A program made the position numbers and the translations under genes. The notes beneath the pieces were generated by a model, which did no database searches, was not told the origin of the DNA, and was given only the letters and a program-made list of their open reading frames with translations. A stretch of 64,000 nt of DNA from assembly GCA_964595645.1 (NCBI GenBank), contig CAZQQT010000001.1, positions 128,001 to 192,000 on the forward strand, given 5' to 3'. The DNA comes from an uncultured Thermococci archaeon. GTDB lineage: Archaea > Methanobacteriota_B > Thermococci > Methanofastidiosales > B48-G16. How positions within the stretch are numbered: the stretch's first letter is position 1; each line of letters opens with the position of its first letter. Positions 1 to 9,896 of the stretch are shown here, piece by piece.

Positions 1-567
1 AATAAGAAGCCTGAGCAGTTGAAAAAACCGTTTTTAATGTACATCGACAAGGTGCACTCCATTAAGGGAGTGGGCACTGTGGTGACCGGGAGGGTGCGGC
101 AGGGAGTTGTGGAGAGTAATACAGCGCTCTATCTCGGCCCCTTTGATGATGGATATAAAACGATACGCGGACAGAGCATCATGGAGCACTACCACTACCT
201 CGACAAGGCGGAGGTCGGAGATGTTGTTGGTATTGCCCTTAAAAATGTAGAAAAAGAAGAGATACGGCGTGGTATGATTCTCACAAAAGAGATGGGGAGA
301 AGAACGAAGGAGTTCGTCGGTGACGTGTTCATTCTCTCTCACCCAACGACAATAAAGGAGGGATATGAGCCGGTGTTGCATTTGGAAACTATCTCCGAGA
401 GTGTTGCGTTTGAGGAGATATATGGAAAGGAGTATCTCAGCGTAGGGGATCGAGCAAAAGTGAAAATGAGATTTAAATACAATACCTACCACATAGAAGA
501 AGGAGAACGATTTATTTTTAGAGAAGGAAAGTCAAAAGGAATCGGTGGCGTAGAGGAAGTTTTATAG
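1..567 (+). CDS. Translational GTPase (GTPBP1/aGPBP-like), C-terminal domains II-III; 5'-truncated by window edge
   Basis: Frame open from base 1; EF-Tu-like domain II (GVGTVVTGRV, IRRGMIL) and domain III (HPTTIKEGYEPVLH, FIFREGKSKGIG). Confidence 0.85.
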   Translation, partial: NKKPEQLKKPFLMYIDKVHSIKGVGTVVTGRVRQGVVESNTALYLGPFDDGYKTIRGQSIMEHYHYLDKAEVGDVVGIALKNVEKEEIRRGMILTKEMGRRTKEFVGDVFILSHPTTIKEGYEPVLHLETISESVAFEEIYGKEYLSVGDRAKVKMRFKYNTYHIEEGERFIFREGKSKGIGGVEEVL

Positions 568-575
568 GTGAGAAA

Positions 576-3005
576 ATGGATAAAATAGTAATAGATGAGG
601 AACTGGATTTATTATCTTTGGAAGATTACGTATTCATAGGGAGAAAATCGAGTGTATTTGAAAAGTATAAAGATAGAGCGGGGATGTATATTGGCAAAGT
701 AGCAGAAATGCCTGAGGGTGGTGAGTATTACGGAAAAAATGTACTCGCAGATTCTATTTCCCCCCATGCCATATTTATCTGCGGAATGCGAGGTTCAGGA
801 AAGTCGTACACCCTGGGAGTACTGGCAGAGGAAATTGCGTTAAAAAACGACGCAGTCGGCGTGATTGTTATCGATCCCATGGGAATATTTTGGTCCATGA
901 AACAGGAAAATACTGTGGACTCAGAGAGACTGATTCTGGAAGATTGGGGTCTTGATCCCCATGGTATTCGGTCGGTGAAAGCATTTATTCCCAAAGGACA
1001 GAAAAAAGAAGCACCCAGAAGTACGTGGGATGAAATATTCACGATAAAACCCTCGGAACTCACGATTGAGGACTGGTGTCTCACCTTTGGCATGGATCGA
1101 TTTGGGACCATGGGACTGCTTCTGGATAAGGCACTGGACTGCGTGAGGAAAGGCTACTCAACTAAAAAGGGAAAACATATCGAGGGGAAGGCGAAGAACT
1201 ACAGTGTCGATGACATCATTCACGCAATCGAGAACTCGAAGGCGATTCTTTCCAAGGGGAAAGGATTTAAGACCACGACCCGACGAGCACTAATTGCTCG
1301 GCTCAAAGGCGCGAAAAACTGGGGAATTTTTGATGAAAGAGGCACTGAATTAAAAGATCTCTCTAAACGAGGTCAGATTTCTGTTATCGATATTTCTTTC
1401 CTCGATGACAACGTGCGCGCCCTCGTCGTAGGAATTCTTGCGAGGAATATCCTCCATACCCGAAAAATGGTCTCGCGACAGGAGGCTTCCGGCGGCATCT
1501 CGAGTATGGTGGGAGGAATCCCCGTCACATGGCTGCTCATCGACGAGGCACACATACTCGTTCCTGGAAGAGGACAAAAAACAGCAGCGTCTGATGCACT
1601 GCTCGAGTACGTTCGACAGGGGAGACAGCCCGGCTGTTCGATAGTGCTTGCCACACAGCAGCCATCCGCTGTAGACTCACGAATTCTCTCCCAAACAGAT
1701 ATTCTCTTCTGCCATAAATTAGTGTATGGAGACGATATAAGTGCTGTCACACGGCGAATGCCTGCAGAGATCCCCTCCATGCTCAAGAACAAAGAATTTA
1801 TCCAGAATTTACCGGTAGGAATGGCCGTCGTCGGTGATAAACAGAAGGAGAGCTCACGGTCATTTTTGGTGAACATACGCCCGCGAATATCACAGCACGA
1901 AGGGAGAGAGCGGCAGCCCATCTTCGAGATCGATCCTGATGTCATGAGAAAGAATGTCAAAAACATTATCGCCGAAAAGTACGGTGAGGAGAGCAGAACG
2001 GATCTCCAGAAGATCATCGAGATGGTGAACGAGGAGTACAACCTCGATCTGGATCTTGAAGGAATTCTCTACGAGTTACGAGAAGAAGGGAGGATAAAGA
2101 AAGAACAGGAGGAACCGCCGGAGGAAGAGGAGGAAACGACAGAGGAGACGGAAGAAGAAAAAGAAAAAGAGATCACGAAAAGCCCCACCGATGCGATAGA
2201 GACGAAAAAAGAGGTACCAAAACCTGAAGCCGAGCCAAAACTGAAAGAGCTCAACTACAAGAAAGCTCCGGTTCTCACAGGGGATGTCACAGAGGAAGAT
2301 CTCTTTGAGATTGCAAAAAACCACAGAAAACGAGGATTTTTTAGAAGGTCAGAAGCGTTGGAAACAATCTACAGGGTTTACTATCCAGTCTACAGAGTAC
2401 TTTTCGATTATTTCCCTGAGAAGGGTGATTACACAAACCTTTCATGTGTTGTGGATGCTATTACTGGAGAAATTATCAAAAAAGGTAGAAATATTGAAAG
2501 AACACGCGGACTGAGAGACTTAGCATCTCTTGGCGATGACGAGATAAATTTCATGCTGTATTTAATAAAACGGGAACATGCCACACAGATGGAGATAAAA
2601 AACGAAACAAAGCTAAGTAAACGGAAGATAAAGTCACTTTTACGTTCTATGATGCAGGAAGGGCTTGTCAAAATTGAGAAAAAAGGAAAGTTTGAAGAAA
2701 TACGGCCGGCAGGAGAATACGATATCATCTGGGATCCCCGAAATGATGAAGTCAACTTTGAGTATGGCATTACGGAAAAGTTCCTCGATCTTGATGCAAC
2801 GCTTCCTCAGGCAATCACAGAGAAGGAGCTCTCCAGAATTTTGAAGATCTGGGGGCGAACAAAGATATGGAAAACAAAGAGACTTTACTACCCATACTGG
2901 ATCGCATATTACAAGGGGAAAGAATCACGGATTGAGATCTTTGACGGCCTCTTCGGTCAGAAAGACGAGTACGCGAAGCGAATGATTCGGCATCGAATTG
3001 AGTAA
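576..3005 (+). CDS. HerA/FtsK-family (DUF87-type) ATPase with acidic linker and C-terminal wHTH-containing extension
   Basis: Walker A GMRGSGKS, IDPMG, Walker B LLIDEAH, LATQQP; RBS GGTGA upstream. Confidence 0.8.
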   Translation: MDKIVIDEELDLLSLEDYVFIGRKSSVFEKYKDRAGMYIGKVAEMPEGGEYYGKNVLADSISPHAIFICGMRGSGKSYTLGVLAEEIALKNDAVGVIVIDPMGIFWSMKQENTVDSERLILEDWGLDPHGIRSVKAFIPKGQKKEAPRSTWDEIFTIKPSELTIEDWCLTFGMDRFGTMGLLLDKALDCVRKGYSTKKGKHIEGKAKNYSVDDIIHAIENSKAILSKGKGFKTTTRRALIARLKGAKNWGIFDERGTELKDLSKRGQISVIDISFLDDNVRALVVGILARNILHTRKMVSRQEASGGISSMVGGIPVTWLLIDEAHILVPGRGQKTAASDALLEYVRQGRQPGCSIVLATQQPSAVDSRILSQTDILFCHKLVYGDDISAVTRRMPAEIPSMLKNKEFIQNLPVGMAVVGDKQKESSRSFLVNIRPRISQHEGRERQPIFEIDPDVMRKNVKNIIAEKYGEESRTDLQKIIEMVNEEYNLDLDLEGILYELREEGRIKKEQEEPPEEEEETTEETEEEKEKEITKSPTDAIETKKEVPKPEAEPKLKELNYKKAPVLTGDVTEEDLFEIAKNHRKRGFFRRSEALETIYRVYYPVYRVLFDYFPEKGDYTNLSCVVDAITGEIIKKGRNIERTRGLRDLASLGDDEINFMLYLIKREHATQMEIKNETKLSKRKIKSLLRSMMQEGLVKIEKKGKFEEIRPAGEYDIIWDPRNDEVNFEYGITEKFLDLDATLPQAITEKELSRILKIWGRTKIWKTKRLYYPYWIAYYKGKESRIEIFDGLFGQKDEYAKRMIRHRIE

Positions 3006-3186
3006 GCTCTACCCCTTGTTGTTGGAGAGGAGAAATAGAAGAGTTGGTGTCTCCTCTCCTCAAAAAGGAGGTGATGTACCGGGATCACTTCTCCCTTTTA
3101 AAGGTTTGGGCTATGTGCGGGATTTTTACGCGCATATTACCTCATCAAGTATTTATAGGTAGAAAATATATACTCACAAGATTTTC

Positions 3187-4047
3187 ATGAAAAGAGACGT
3201 AATCGGTAAAAGAATAGCTCTATTCGCAATGATTGTAGTAGTGGTAACAAGCATCTGTGTAGGATGCACGGAGAAGGATGATACCGCTACCAACGAGATG
3301 ATACAGATGATGCCGAAGACGAGTGAGTATGTGATGATCATTGATTTTAAAGCGGCACGAGAGGAGCAAGGACTGCAGGATCTTTACAGTGTTGTCACGG
3401 AAGATTCTACCGCATTTCTCGCGAGTACGGACAGTGTCGATACTATGGCAGTTGGATCGAGTTCCTCCGAAGAGTTTTATTTCCTGCTTCTCCGAGGGAG
3501 ATTCGGTGATCAGATGCCCGCTGTAGAAGAAGGCTGTAGTAGCGTAGAGACGTACAACGATACTGAAATCCTGACTAACTGCCAGGAGAGTGCAGGCGAT
3601 GATGCACGAGTGATCTTCAGCGATGAGATGATCATGCGGTGCAAGGTAGGAGCCCAAGAGACGGTAAAAATGATCGTCGATATTGTGAAGAATGGCGGCA
3701 CCTCAGCATACGAGGCGGATCAGGACATCAGAGATGTCGTTGATAGGTTACCGCCGGAGAGACTCATCACCACTATTGTGAGACAGGGGTATGGGAACAC
3801 ATGGCAGAGTCTCGTTGCAGGATTTTCAATCACTGTACATACAGCGGAAACAGCACAGTTTAAGATAGTACTCAAGTACGCCACACAAGAGGATGCCACC
3901 ACGTACAAGTCCAACGTACTGGATGATCTTAAGAATCAAAATGTCGAGTTATCTGATCTTTCGACCACACAGGATAGCGGGATTGTTGAGATTACGGGGG
4001 TTCTCCCCATGAAAGATATTTCCAAGTTTATCGGATTTTCATCGTGA
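3187..4047 (+). CDS. Putative secreted lipoprotein
   Basis: Basic N-terminus, hydrophobic core, lipobox-like CVGC; acidic mature region. Confidence 0.65.
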   Translation: MKRDVIGKRIALFAMIVVVVTSICVGCTEKDDTATNEMIQMMPKTSEYVMIIDFKAAREEQGLQDLYSVVTEDSTAFLASTDSVDTMAVGSSSSEEFYFLLLRGRFGDQMPAVEEGCSSVETYNDTEILTNCQESAGDDARVIFSDEMIMRCKVGAQETVKMIVDIVKNGGTSAYEADQDIRDVVDRLPPERLITTIVRQGYGNTWQSLVAGFSITVHTAETAQFKIVLKYATQEDATTYKSNVLDDLKNQNVELSDLSTTQDSGIVEITGVLPMKDISKFIGFSS

Positions 4048-4127
4048 AACCAGCGATTTCTCTCTAATTTTTAATGAATCAAAATATTTACATAGAGTTA
4101 CTTACGTATAATGAATGGAGTGATTGC

Positions 4128-4490
4128 ATGCCGACACTCGTCCATTTTGAAATCCCCGCAGACGATGTGAAGCGGGCGAGAACGTTTTATACCAAGCTTT
4201 TCGACTGGAAAATAGAAACAGCGGAAGGATACCCCGATTACTGGTATGTCACCACGACGGGCGAGAACGCTGTGCACGGGGGCATGATGGAACGACAGGA
4301 TCCGCAGCAGCAGATTGCCCACTACATCGATGTTCCTTCGGTGAGCGAGTACGTGGAGAAGATTGAAGACCTTGGTGGCAGGATACTTGTTCCCAAAACA
4401 GTCGTACCAGGAATGGGATACATGGCGATGTGTCTCGACACTGAACACAACGTTTTTGGTATCTGGGAGGAAGATAAAAGCGCAGAGTAA
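4128..4490 (+). CDS. VOC/glyoxalase family protein
   Basis: VHFEIPADD...FYTKLFDW, DTEHNVFGIWE; ATG 4128 follows GGAGTGA. Confidence 0.85.
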   Translation: MPTLVHFEIPADDVKRARTFYTKLFDWKIETAEGYPDYWYVTTTGENAVHGGMMERQDPQQQIAHYIDVPSVSEYVEKIEDLGGRILVPKTVVPGMGYMAMCLDTEHNVFGIWEEDKSAE

Positions 4491-4503
4491 TGGTTTCGCC
4501 ACA

Positions 4504-4521
4504 TTTTTTCTTTTTTTCTTT
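4504..4521 (+). terminator. Oligo-T tract, probable archaeal intrinsic terminator
   Basis: T-rich run just downstream of the VOC stop codon. Confidence 0.5.
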
Positions 4522-4616
4522 CAACACCCTATCTTGTGTCCCCTCTTTTTAATCACATACAATGAATCGAAACCTTTTTATATATTGAGTTACAGCAAAT
4601 ACTCGAGAGTGATTTA

Positions 4617-5474
4617 ATGAGAAAAATCAAAGGAGGAATAATAGCGGCGACATTTGTTGTGTCGTTATTCAGTGTTCTTTTAGTTCAGTTAATTATCAAC
4701 CCGGTGAGTGCAGAAAATAACTGTGGTATCGTGATCAATGAGATTAATACAGGGGGCGTTGATTGGGTGGAGCTCTACAACTACGGGCCACCGCGGGATC
4801 TTTCTAACTGGCAGTTTTACTGGCAGGATGAACGGGGATAAACTGGCTGGTACACGATCCCTGCAGGATTTGTTTTAGGCCATCACCAATTTGTAATTCT
4901 TCACGAAGACAGTGGAACGAATACTGCAACAGATCTCTATTTCGACAGCAATATTATGTGGACAGACGATAGCAGCGATGGTATTGCCGGTGCTCTCTTC
5001 AACAGTAGCGGAAAATGCATAGATTACTTCAGAGCAGAGGGGTCGACAGATGTCCCACCAGCAGGATCATGGGGTAGCCCCGATATGCCGTATCCTGTAT
5101 CGGATAATGTCGGCTACAGAAACTCCGATACGGATACAGATACAGGTAACGATTGGACTGTGGGAGGATCAAACACTCCACTTGCTCTGAACCCCGGTCA
5201 AACTGGTATTTGTATATCAACAGTCAATCCCGTCGTTGCGTTCATGCCTGTAGCAAATCACCATCTACGAATGGTACTAGTATGCCAACAGTGCATTGAA
5301 GAAAATTTGCCGGAGGACGTCCCAGAGGATGTACAGGATCTTTTAGACGAGATGCAGACCCATCTCGACAACGCGAACACAACAGGGAACAGCGTCTACG
5401 CGAACAATGAGCTACTGAACGCACTGGACTGCTGTGAGTCCATCCAGGAAAAACTCGGTATTACCTGCTCGTAA
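4617..5474 (+). pseudogene. Secreted lamin-tail-domain (LTD) protein interrupted by one in-frame TAA (4839-4841)
   Basis: Signal peptide + IVINEI...DWVELYN LTD motif; ORFs 4617-4841 and 4956-5474 are in the same frame and read through as DERG*TGWYTIPAGFVL. Confidence 0.75.
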
Positions 5475-5599
5475 CTTTTTCTTTTTTTCTTATAACGTTG
5501 CCACGTCCTCTCTCATCTCGATTTCTGAATTAACGTGATTCTTGTCGGATAGAAATCTAAGATTAGAATATAGGTCCCAAAGCAAGGATATGAGAAAAG

Positions 5600-5674
5600 T
5601 GCTCCCGTCGGGATTCGAACCCGAGTCACAGGCTCGAGAGGCCCGTATGATTAACCGGACTACACTACGGGAGC
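5600..5674 (-). tRNA. tRNA-Glu (CTC)
   Basis: Acceptor GCTCCCG/CGGGAGC, anticodon arm CGGGC-CT-CTC-GA-GCCTG, GGTTCGAATCC T-loop; CCA not encoded. Confidence 0.95.
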
Positions 5675-5756
5675 GTACTACTACAACGAAGAGATGGTTT
5701 AAAAATCTTGTCGTGATGGGCGTAACCATATAAATGAAACACACAGAGAATAGATA

Positions 5757-7673
5757 ATGAGAGACCCGGTGAAGCTCTTTGAGCAGCTCTGCATCTTTCT
5801 CGCCGGTGAGGGATTTCATCTTCCTGCGTATATCCTCTCTACATTATGCTGTTTCTCCATTGCAGAGTACCTCTGGCATAAACGGAAAGTACTGAGAATT
5901 TTTTCCATTCTCCTGTTTTTCTTTGGGATATACCTCTTTATAAGAATTGGATGGTTATTTTTCCTTGTACTCATCGTAGGAGGAAGAGTTCTCAATCTTC
6001 TCTACACAGCAATGGTACGGTACGAGATTGAAAGAGAAGTTACTCCCAAGGAGCTTCCATTCTACCTGATATTTCTCTACCAGAAGCTCTGTGAGAAGAT
6101 CTTTGGAAAATGGTATAAACCGGTGTTCTTCCTCTCTACCGCGTATATTCTTCCCGGCGTCCTCTGGTTCTGGACAAGAAAACGGAAGGTGGCGAAGGGC
6201 GTCTCCCTTCTATTGTTGGTACTATATGGTGCGCTCTTTTTCAGCGGTTGGTGGATACTTGTCCTAATATTTTTTGTTGCAGGGGTTACCATAGGAATTT
6301 TCGTAAAATTCGTGGCATTTCTCTATAGATATTTCAAAATTGAAGAAAAAGAAAAAGTAGTAGTAGAAAAAGAAATGTTAGGGATACTTGATCTTGTATC
6401 GTTAGGACTGATCGCCTTCATTTTCGTTTCATTTGTCGTCAACTGGTATAAGTTTGTACCAAACTGTGTGGACACGTGGTACCATCTGGCTGTCGGAAGA
6501 AAGATTCTGGAGTTAGGCACCATTCCTATCTGGGATTCGTGGGAGTTCGCCCCGGCAGGAAGACCACATCTCTATCCCCCGCTCATCCATCTACTTATCG
6601 CCGCTGCCTCGGGAACAATGGAGCGTGTTGTGGAAGGAGGGAAGGTCCTTCAGGCACTCTTTTACCCGCTCTCGCTTTTCACGAACTGGATCTTCTTTCG
6701 GTATTTTTTTGATAAGAAAATCGCATTTCTCGCACTGGTATTCCTTTCGATGGATATCGGATTTCTCATGATAAATACAATGATCCTTCCAACTATGTTG
6801 GTGAATATTCTTCTCCCCCTCCTGTTAATATGTTTCTTCAAAAAGAAATTATTCCTCTCTGTTATCCTGATGACACTCTGTCTCTACTCTCATCTGAGTT
6901 TTCCCTTTGTGATTCTATTCTTTCTCTTTCTCATTGCCAGAAAGTACGAATATATGGTTTTTTACAAAAAGTTCGCTATCTTCTCGTTGATCCTCTACCT
7001 CCCGTGGTTTCTGCGCATCCTCGAGTATCGTGGCGCTTTTTCCTCGCCAACACCGTTACTTCTTGGCATTGTCATGCTCCAGTTTTTTAACGTTATTCTC
7101 ATCCCCTTGGGAATCATCGGTTACCGACGGGCTGGAGACCGGTACACCGTCATTAAGATGATTCTTCTGGGAAGCCTCCCCATTCTCGTCGTGTATGGTG
7201 GGCGGTACTGGTTTCACACGATGCCCTTTTGGGCGATCATGATCGCCGTCTTCGCAGAAAAATATCTTGTATCCAGAAAACGAGTCGCACTCTTTCTGAT
7301 ACTTGCGTTTGTCCCCACCATTGACGTGATGCTATTTGAGGGCCCCGGCGTGATGCCGAGTCTTACAGGAGGAGACGCCGCACTCATGATGTGGTCGGAG
7401 GAGGGTGTCGTATTCGATCCACTGTACGGTGAGGACTGTGAAGAATTAAGAGCGTATCTTCTCGCCACGACCGGTGAGAATGAGATCATCGGCGTTGAGG
7501 AGCCATGGGTGGGAGATATGATCGTGGCACTCACGGGGAGGAGGGTTACCACTGGCGCGTGGTGGGAGATTTCTTCGGTAGGAGAAAAAGCAGAAAATAT
7601 AAAAGTTCACGTTTCCTTAACTCCTATAAGCACGCATAAAATCGGAAGATTCTATATCCAAAAGGTGAGCTGA
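5757..7673 (+). CDS. Polytopic membrane protein, GT-C/STT3-like glycosyltransferase fold
   Basis: Many TM segments; external loop VDTWYH...GRPHLYPPLIH resembles the first loop of GT-C enzymes. Confidence 0.55.
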   Translation: MRDPVKLFEQLCIFLAGEGFHLPAYILSTLCCFSIAEYLWHKRKVLRIFSILLFFFGIYLFIRIGWLFFLVLIVGGRVLNLLYTAMVRYEIEREVTPKELPFYLIFLYQKLCEKIFGKWYKPVFFLSTAYILPGVLWFWTRKRKVAKGVSLLLLVLYGALFFSGWWILVLIFFVAGVTIGIFVKFVAFLYRYFKIEEKEKVVVEKEMLGILDLVSLGLIAFIFVSFVVNWYKFVPNCVDTWYHLAVGRKILELGTIPIWDSWEFAPAGRPHLYPPLIHLLIAAASGTMERVVEGGKVLQALFYPLSLFTNWIFFRYFFDKKIAFLALVFLSMDIGFLMINTMILPTMLVNILLPLLLICFFKKKLFLSVILMTLCLYSHLSFPFVILFFLFLIARKYEYMVFYKKFAIFSLILYLPWFLRILEYRGAFSSPTPLLLGIVMLQFFNVILIPLGIIGYRRAGDRYTVIKMILLGSLPILVVYGGRYWFHTMPFWAIMIAVFAEKYLVSRKRVALFLILAFVPTIDVMLFEGPGVMPSLTGGDAALMMWSEEGVVFDPLYGEDCEELRAYLLATTGENEIIGVEEPWVGDMIVALTGRRVTTGAWWEISSVGEKAENIKVHVSLTPISTHKIGRFYIQKVS

Positions 7674-8341
7674 TGGGCGTTGAAAAGGCGAAATTTGAGG
7701 AAAAACCTCTGAGAATACAGAAAAATCATTTTGTTGATCTCGAAAAACTGCATCCCCATGAGGCGTTAGATCCAGTGGAATCGAGGCTGTTAATTGGGAG
7801 TATCAATGAGAAGGGTGTATTTTATAAACCGATGCTCGTGGCCAGAAACTCCTTCGTGATTCTTGACGGTCACCACCGGTGGGACGGGCTGATGAAGATG
7901 GGAGCGAAGAAAGGACCATGCATTCTGTTGGATTATTTTGATGACGAAATCAAGCTGTACACGTGGTACCCTCTTCTTGAGGAGCCCCTTGAGACGGTGC
8001 TTGAATCCTTTGATCACGATCCTCTTAATGGATACAAAAATCATCTCGATGAGTATCCCTTTATCGCAACAGATGGAACAACGTACTACGGGATAACAAA
8101 GGAAAATATGATCTCAGTGGTAGAAGAACGAGGGCACGAGTTTGGCTACGTCGATACACTGGAGACTGCTCTTAGTGAGGCTGGAAATACGAAAACAGCG
8201 TTTGTACGACGGGCACCTACAAAACAGGAAGTTATCGACAAGGCCTCGAATGGCGAGGTCTTCCCTCCGAAAACAACGAGACACTGGTTCCCCTACAAGT
8301 ACCCGTATATCTACATACCGAAGGAGGAGTTGATCAAATGA
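7673..8341 (+). CDS. serK: ADP-dependent free serine kinase SerK (ParB/Srx fold)
   Basis: MGVEK start, PHE, KPML, DGHHRW, YTWYP, R.PTK.EV, PKTTRH motifs as in Thermococcus SerK. Confidence 0.8.
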   Translation: MGVEKAKFEEKPLRIQKNHFVDLEKLHPHEALDPVESRLLIGSINEKGVFYKPMLVARNSFVILDGHHRWDGLMKMGAKKGPCILLDYFDDEIKLYTWYPLLEEPLETVLESFDHDPLNGYKNHLDEYPFIATDGTTYYGITKENMISVVEERGHEFGYVDTLETALSEAGNTKTAFVRRAPTKQEVIDKASNGEVFPPKTTRHWFPYKYPYIYIPKEELIK

Positions 8342-8562
8342 AGAAGGATATCTCTTTTGAGGTGGAGAAGGAGTTCTGGGATGACGCAGTGAAAAACCTC
8401 TGCAATATCCTTGGCGAGGATAAAGGAGACGTGGAGCGGGCAGTTCTGTTCTTTTTTGGAAAACACTGCGGTGATTACCTAGAGATATTCTGTGGAGATG
8501 TGGATGAAAAAACACAAAAAGAATTAAAAATCGCTATGCTCCACTCACAACAGGAGAAGTAG
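8338..8562 (+). CDS. Hypothetical small acidic protein
   Basis: ATGA overlap with serK, GGAG RBS, abuts next gene. Confidence 0.6.
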   Translation: MKKDISFEVEKEFWDDAVKNLCNILGEDKGDVERAVLFFFGKHCGDYLEIFCGDVDEKTQKELKIAMLHSQQEK

Positions 8563-9243
8563 ATGAAGGAGAAAGTGAAGGAGGCACATGAACGAGAGGT
8601 GACCTACTCAGAAAAGCGATGGGAGCGTCTGGAGACGTTACGGAAAACAGCTCTCCAGGTCATGAGCCTTTTAAAGGGATATTACTGTATCGTGTATGGC
8701 AGTGTGGCGCGGGGGGATGTCACCCCAAAAAGTGATATCGATATCTTCGTGGAGGCCAAAAGCTATATGGTGGAGATCTTGTTGAGAGAGTTCACGTTTC
8801 TCGAAAGGAAGATCGTGCAGGCGACGCCCTGGCAGGCAGTGAAGGGAACCATCGTACTTGAAAACAATGTAGAGATATCATTCCCTCTTGGCAAAATGAA
8901 AAAAGAAGAAGAGGAATTCTACTTATATGGAGGCGCTCTCACCTATGAGGCGTTAAAAAAGGGAAAGCGAAGTTGTGGCGTGGACAAACGCCTTCTTCTC
9001 ATTACACCCACGGAGAATGGGCATCGGGAGAGCAGTATCAAAGGACGGGAGGGTGAAGTTGCGAAACGTCTCGATATTTCGATAGAGACGGTGAAAGAGC
9101 GGGTACAGGTGCTCTCACGTCGTGATAAAGTAGGACGTACAGGTGTCTACCTCCAGCGGACACTCGCACCTACCGAAGGGTTCGGTGAGGTGCTGAAGAA
9201 GATTATGGATACGGATGCGAATGTACGACGTCGCTACTTATAA
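8563..9243 (+). CDS. Predicted archaeal nucleotidyltransferase (Pol-beta superfamily)
   Basis: YGSVARGD...SDIDIF motif; GVDKRL, RRDKVGRTGV conserved blocks. Confidence 0.8.
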   Translation: MKEKVKEAHEREVTYSEKRWERLETLRKTALQVMSLLKGYYCIVYGSVARGDVTPKSDIDIFVEAKSYMVEILLREFTFLERKIVQATPWQAVKGTIVLENNVEISFPLGKMKKEEEEFYLYGGALTYEALKKGKRSCGVDKRLLLITPTENGHRESSIKGREGEVAKRLDISIETVKERVQVLSRRDKVGRTGVYLQRTLAPTEGFGEVLKKIMDTDANVRRRYL

Positions 9244-9247
9244 ATTC

Positions 9248-9850
9248 TTATTTGTGTGACCAGTTGTCAGGCTTATCGCTACTGGGAGATAACCCCAAGA
9301 TATCACCTGTTGTGTCTACTCCCAGTCCAAGGACTGTCCTGTTCGCATAAGCAAAATACGCCACGACCTGGTTTACCTCGAGGATCTCGCCGTCGTCATA
9401 TCCCTGGGATCGCATCTCATCGATGAGACTCTTATCTATATGCGCTGGATCCTCTGTCAGTGCCTTTGTATATTTTAGCAGTGCAATCTCCTTTTGTTCG
9501 AATGCATCCCCAAATGATTCAGTTTCCAGTGCCTCTCGTATCGCCTTCGCCTTCTCGTCGTCGTTAAGAAGCCGTTTCAGCCCATTAAAATGGTGCTCCA
9601 CACAGTACTGGCAGCCATTTAACATACTCGTGTAGACGCCGAGTGTTTCGAGCAGCCACTTTGGTATGGTGTTTTCGTAATGGTGCAGCACATTTTTGTA
9701 CATTTTCATATGCGCTTCGAGTGTGTGGGGGCGCAGTCCGTGGATCGTGAGAATGTTGTCCAGGTAGTTATCCGGTCCTTTTATTTTATCGTAAATTTTT
9801 TTGAGCTTCCCTTCAGCTTTTTCATACGAAATATGTCGTATCCATGGCAT
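9248..9850 (-). CDS. AhpD/CMD-family peroxidase-related enzyme
   Basis: NGCQYCVEHH (CxxC), AYFAYANR; likely start MPWI at 9850. Confidence 0.85.
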   Translation of the reverse strand: MPWIRHISYEKAEGKLKKIYDKIKGPDNYLDNILTIHGLRPHTLEAHMKMYKNVLHHYENTIPKWLLETLGVYTSMLNGCQYCVEHHFNGLKRLLNDDEKAKAIREALETESFGDAFEQKEIALLKYTKALTEDPAHIDKSLIDEMRSQGYDDGEILEVNQVVAYFAYANRTVLGLGVDTTGDILGLSPSSDKPDNWSHK

Positions 9851-9896
9851 AGTTTTTCCTCTCTTTATTTTTATAATCTCCAATACTTGATCTTCC

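Noticed and set aside
4839-4841. Alternative genetic code
   Set aside because: All three stop codons occur once each as interruptions, and all three terminate normal genes
7673-8341. ParB partition protein / plasmid marker
   Set aside because: Motifs match SerK over the full length; no parA and no HTH
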